Shown here one piece after another: positions 60,103 to 64,000 of a DNA stretch of 64,000 nucleotides. Where the stretch lies: contig OX597815.1 in NCBI GenBank assembly GCA_951406725.2, positions 175,088,001 through 175,152,000 on the forward strand, read 5' to 3'. Under the pieces are notes generated by a model. That model was not told where the DNA came from. It was given only the letters and a program-made list of their open reading frames with translations, and did no database searches. Every line of letters begins with the position of its first letter. Position 1 is the first letter of the stretch. The position numbers and the translations under genes were made by a program. This DNA comes from Octopus vulgaris (taxonomy: Eukaryota).

Positions 60103-60440
60103 GACATGGCTGTGTGGTAAGAAGCTCTTTTCCCAACCACAAGGTTCTGAGTTCAGTCCCACCGCATGGCATCTTGGACAAGTGTCTTCTACTATAGCCT
60201 TGGACCAACCAAAGTCCTGTGAGTAGATTTGGTAGATGGAAACTGAAAGAAGCCCATCATGTTTGTGCTTTGTATCTATCCCCCACAACCACCACTTGAC
60301 AAGAATTGATGCATTTACATGTGTAACTTAGCAGTTCGACACAAGAGACTTATAGAATAAGTACCAAGCTTTAAGAAATGACTAAGCTAAATCTAAGATG
60401 CTGCCCCATCATGGCTACAGTCTAATGACAAACAAGATAA
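60103..60440 (+). mobile_element. tRNA-derived CORE-type SINE, uninterrupted copy
   Basis: tggctgtgtggtaagaagct...gagttcagtccc...tcttggacaagtgtcttctactatagcc; colinear with the split copies. Confidence 0.8.
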
Positions 60441-60537
60441 GACCAATCACCCAATAATTGTTTAAGACCTTACTCTTGAGCTATGATTCAACAAATATTA
60501 GGCAAAAAAATTCTAATTAAATGCAAAATAGAATTAC

Positions 60538-60768
60538 CTGAACCTTGAGAATTATTCAAAGACTTGGCAGGAGATTTGGAAAAATTTTTCTTTGGTGGAG
60601 ATTTGCATTTTGTAGATTCTTCGTCTGAATCCTTATATTTCCACATATCATTAGAAACTTCCAAATTTCCATAGTTTCTGACATTCTTTTCCCGTTGCTG
60701 AGAGTAAGTCTTTTGTATTTTTTTTGATGAATTATTTTTTGAAAAACATTGCTTTTCATGAGAAGAAT
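60538..60768 (-). CDS. TDRD1: TDRD1-like exon, low-complexity N-terminal region (SSHEKQCFSK...KSPAKSLNNSQGS)
   Basis: tttttttccag acceptor; CAG|gtaatt donor; 231 nt open, phase 1-1. Confidence 0.78.
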
Positions 60769-61399
60769 CTGGAAAAAAATGTTGATTTATTTATTGATTG
60801 ATAGATAACAGACGAGTGATACATTTGGCTTTTTGGAGTTCACTTAAATGTGCTTTTTGCATAAAATTTCCCCATGGTACTCTCAGACCACTTTCCAAGA
60901 CAGGTAAGTAGAGCTAACTCATTGCAATTCAATGAAATCTAACAAAAAAACTGACTAATCTACTATCTTCCCTATTCAAACGTGTAGAAATGGATGTGGA
61001 ACTGAGTAAATCAAGTGTTGGTCTTGCCAGAAATAATTACTGCATAAAGAATTGATTAAGGTCAATAGATGGAAATAATGGCTTCAGGTTTTTGTTCTTC
61101 ATCTGAGGAAAGAGGAACATGGCACTGGTTTGCTGGAAAATAAATAAAACTGAAGCTAAATAATAATAATAATATCCTTTCTACTAAAGGCATAAGGCCT
61201 GAAATTTTTGGAGGGGAGGGGTTAGCTGATTATATCAACCCCCATTTATTTAATTGACCCCGAAAGGATGAAAGACAAAGTTGATATCTCAGCAGAATTT
61301 GAACTCAAAACATAAAGATGGACAAAATGCCACTAAGCATTTCGCCTGGTATGCTAATGATTCTGCCTTATTAATTAAGGGTTTCTAAATGAGGCAATG

Positions 61400-62560
61400 T
61401 CCACCACATGGCCTTCACACTTTCCTATCTCAAACTTGCCAACAGAGGCTCCACCAACTTTGCCAAGTCCAGTTTTCCTCCTCTTCCAAATAATGATGGC
61501 TTTGTAAGCAGTAACCCTCGCAGAGACAACCTCTCTTTTTGGTGCTTACTTTGCATCTACCATTACACCCTTACTCAGTCTCCTTCAAACCTATACCATT
61601 CTACCCCTTCCTGTATGCTACCCATACACCAAGCGTGCAAATGCTGCTAGATGATTCAAACAAACATCACCAGCCCGGACAGTGTCCCTTCTGTTGTCCA
61701 TCAGAATTGGCTTCTGCATCTACCAAACTCTTTAATCTCTCACTCTCTACAGAAATACACTCTGACATTCCACAGAAACCTAACCCCACTGAGCCAGGCA
61801 ATTATTGTTCAACTGCTTTCTCCTCAAACTCCTCTCAGGTGATAGAAACAGTCATTAACAATGATCATCTCCAGTGCCTTAAATTCGTCCCCTCCATCAG
61901 TGACCACCACTACTTACCATTTCCAAATAACTTGATCCACTAAAGGTCTACTCTGAAATGTCATCCGCCAACAGGCCCTCACTTTAATAAGTCCAGTGAA
62001 AGCAATGTTGTTGTCATAGACATCAGCAAAGCCTTCTTCACCTGTGTCCAGAAGAAAAGCTACAAAAACACCCTACACCTACAGGCTCCATTTATCTATT
62101 GAATCAGAAGCTTCCTCTTAGGTTGCACCATCACACCATGTGTCCACTGAGCTCTGTCTTCCTTTCATTCAGCTCCAAAGTTACCCAGGATTGAGCTTTG
62201 TCCTCCATCCACTTCTTTTTATGTATTGCTGACCTACCTGTTGCCAATGCATATGTTTATGTTGACAGAAGGATTCTTTGTTCCTCCTTAACCTTCTATA
62301 ACCATACTCCACAACACAGGGTCCAAACTACACACACTAGACCTGCTTCAATTCTATAAATGGAGACCTTCAGAGTGTTGTTTCTTTAAAAAACAAAAAA
62401 CCCTCGACGATTACTCGGGTCAAGAAAACATCACTGCATTTACACCACCACCGCCACTCCATCCTAAACAAAAATGACACCTACTCAGAGCCTCCACACT
62501 CACTGCAAGTGTTGGACTCTACTATCACCGAGGAATTTGATGTCTTATGAATACCAAATC
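61400..62560 (+). mobile_element. Very decayed CR1/Jockey-group non-LTR RT fragment
   Basis: PGNYCSTAFSS...QVIETVIN...ISDHHY and ESNVVVIDISKAF remnants. Confidence 0.6.
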
Positions 62561-63428
62561 TTTCACTAAAACCTGAACAACACATTTAACATACCAATTA
62601 CTGATATTCAAGTCCACTCACCTTTAGGCAGAAATAAACCCAGATCAGACATGCATGTACACATACTCACATGCATGCACCAAGATAGTATAAAGAAAGA
62701 GTGAATCGTGGTAAGATTTCAATCAGTCAAAAGTAAATAATGAGGTATTTAAAGTAAACCAATTTTTGCTAATCCACACACACTTTTCATTTACTCTCAC
62801 CCTTCTCTTCTTTTGTAAGCAACCATACATCTACATACACAAGCATGAGATTAATAATTCTCAGACTCAAGCCAGGCTTTGAAGAGGTTGAGAATAGCTA
62901 TGGAAGGACTTTGAGAAACAGACAACCAACTGATTGTTTAACCAACACATTAAACAAATGATTGACTGGCTAACAGTGCATGTGTTTATTACTATTGGCA
63001 TAATGACCCTCCCAAGACAGGATTTATTTGAACACACTAATTCACAGAAAGAATCTTCCTTGTAACTTATTCTTTGTGATCTGGTACAAGACAGCTTGCA
63101 ATGAGGTGGAACACAGCCAATAAAACTGACACCAGTATATTACTACTAGACATCACCTCACTAATTCAATGATGGTGAATAAGTATAGGGTGTAAATAAT
63201 TTGTCTCTCCCTCTCCTCCACACATCAAGCGGCAAGTTGTGGTCTGATGCCTGAATACTTCCAGCTGAATCTCTCACACACACACTGGCTCAAAGAACTG
63301 AGATCACATAACAGAAAGTGTTCAGTCTATAACAGTGTGAACTTGTTGTCTTGTGCCAAAGTATAACCCAATATCACAACCACAAACAAATATTTGCAGT
63401 TATAGAATAATGAAACAAGTATACATAC

Positions 63429-63493
63429 ATGCTGAGGATATTGAATGCTGTGCATATTTATCATTGGATTTTTCACTCCTGGAATAACGAGGC
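63429..63493 (-). CDS. TDRD1: TDRD1-like exon (PRYSRSEKSNDKYAQHSISSA)
   Basis: ttccag acceptor; GCAT|gtatgt donor; phase fits the next exon; no domain homology. Confidence 0.6.
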
Positions 63494-64000
63494 CTGGAAT
63501 AACAAAATCAAAAAGAAAAATCAAATTAAATTAACCAGAAATATTAGAGAACAATTATAACAGATAACCTTCCTTTTGAACAAGATCAAATGTTCCATCA
63601 CAATAAATTCATTTTTCCAGACAGTTGCTAATTCTAGCAAAGTATTCAGAAAGGAAAACAAAACTTTTAACCAAAATAAACTCAGATTTTCATATAGAAA
63701 ACAAAAATATTAAAACTGTTGCAATAACCAGAATTACTGAAGCCACCCAACCGTTTCCATCAATTGAGATGGCTCACATTTTTGCTAGGCAATATCTCAT
63801 AAGAATTTTAGAAATTTTCAAAAGAATGGGCAGCCTTCAACTTTTTCTATCCAATATCTATATGCTATTATTTATAACTTTGTGATGTGCTTCAAGACCC
63901 AATGTTCCAAAAAAGAATTCTCTTACTGATATTGCAATAGAAAGAGGTAAAAACTAACAACTTTTTACTTTCCATGAAGTGACTCCATAGTCAATGTTCT

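Larger units (their letters stand above)
36831..63493 (-). other. TDRD1: TDRD1-like gene (zf-MYND + 4 extended Tudor domains), 16 coding exons; 5' end beyond the window
   Basis: Open spliced frame of 3637 nt with MYND CVNCGSEATKRCSNCKVPYCSIRCQTKDWTNGHEKRC and four Tudor cores (FSEDGVWYR..YVDFGN; LETQEWAR..LIDFGA; FSQDNQWYR..FVDYGN; YSDGKWYR..YVDFGC). MYND + 4 Tudor is the TDRD1 architecture; exact orthology needs a phylogeny. Confidence 0.85.

Noticed and set aside
61040-61132. Strong minus-strand acceptor (ttttccag at 61133-61140) followed by protein-like SNQCHVPLSSDEEQKPE
   Set aside because: Reaches TGA in the required phase with no GT donor; other frames do not fit the next exon. Could be a poison or terminal exon but unsupported without RNA data.

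Overview
AT-rich, repeat-dense animal genomic DNA. The (GAT)n-tailed RTE LINEs and CORE-type tRNA SINEs suggest a cephalopod (Octopus-like); this is inference only. Two multi-exon genes converge tail-to-tail. On +, the last 8 coding exons of FANCI run from 1320 to the stop at 30189-30191. On -, 16 coding exons of a TDRD1-like piRNA-pathway gene (MYND finger plus four extended Tudor domains, about 1210 aa in the window, 5' end beyond the right edge) run from 63493 to the stop at 36831-36833. Exons were rebuilt by hand from GT-AG sites and all phases are compatible. Introns hold decayed transposons: RTE LINEs with a PHD finger inside the RT, an R4/Dong-like RLE element, three mariners, a piggyBac and its MITEs, tRNA SINEs, a solo LTR and a ~500-bp TRIM-like element, several stacked in a five-tier nest at 18.6-24.7 kb. 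The most unusual signal is a covarying RNA module (variable-loop hairpin plus predicted H-type pseudoknot) present in 1-6 tandem copies in the RTE 3' UTR. TE family names come from motif recognition, not database searches, and TE boundaries are approximate unless a TSD is given.
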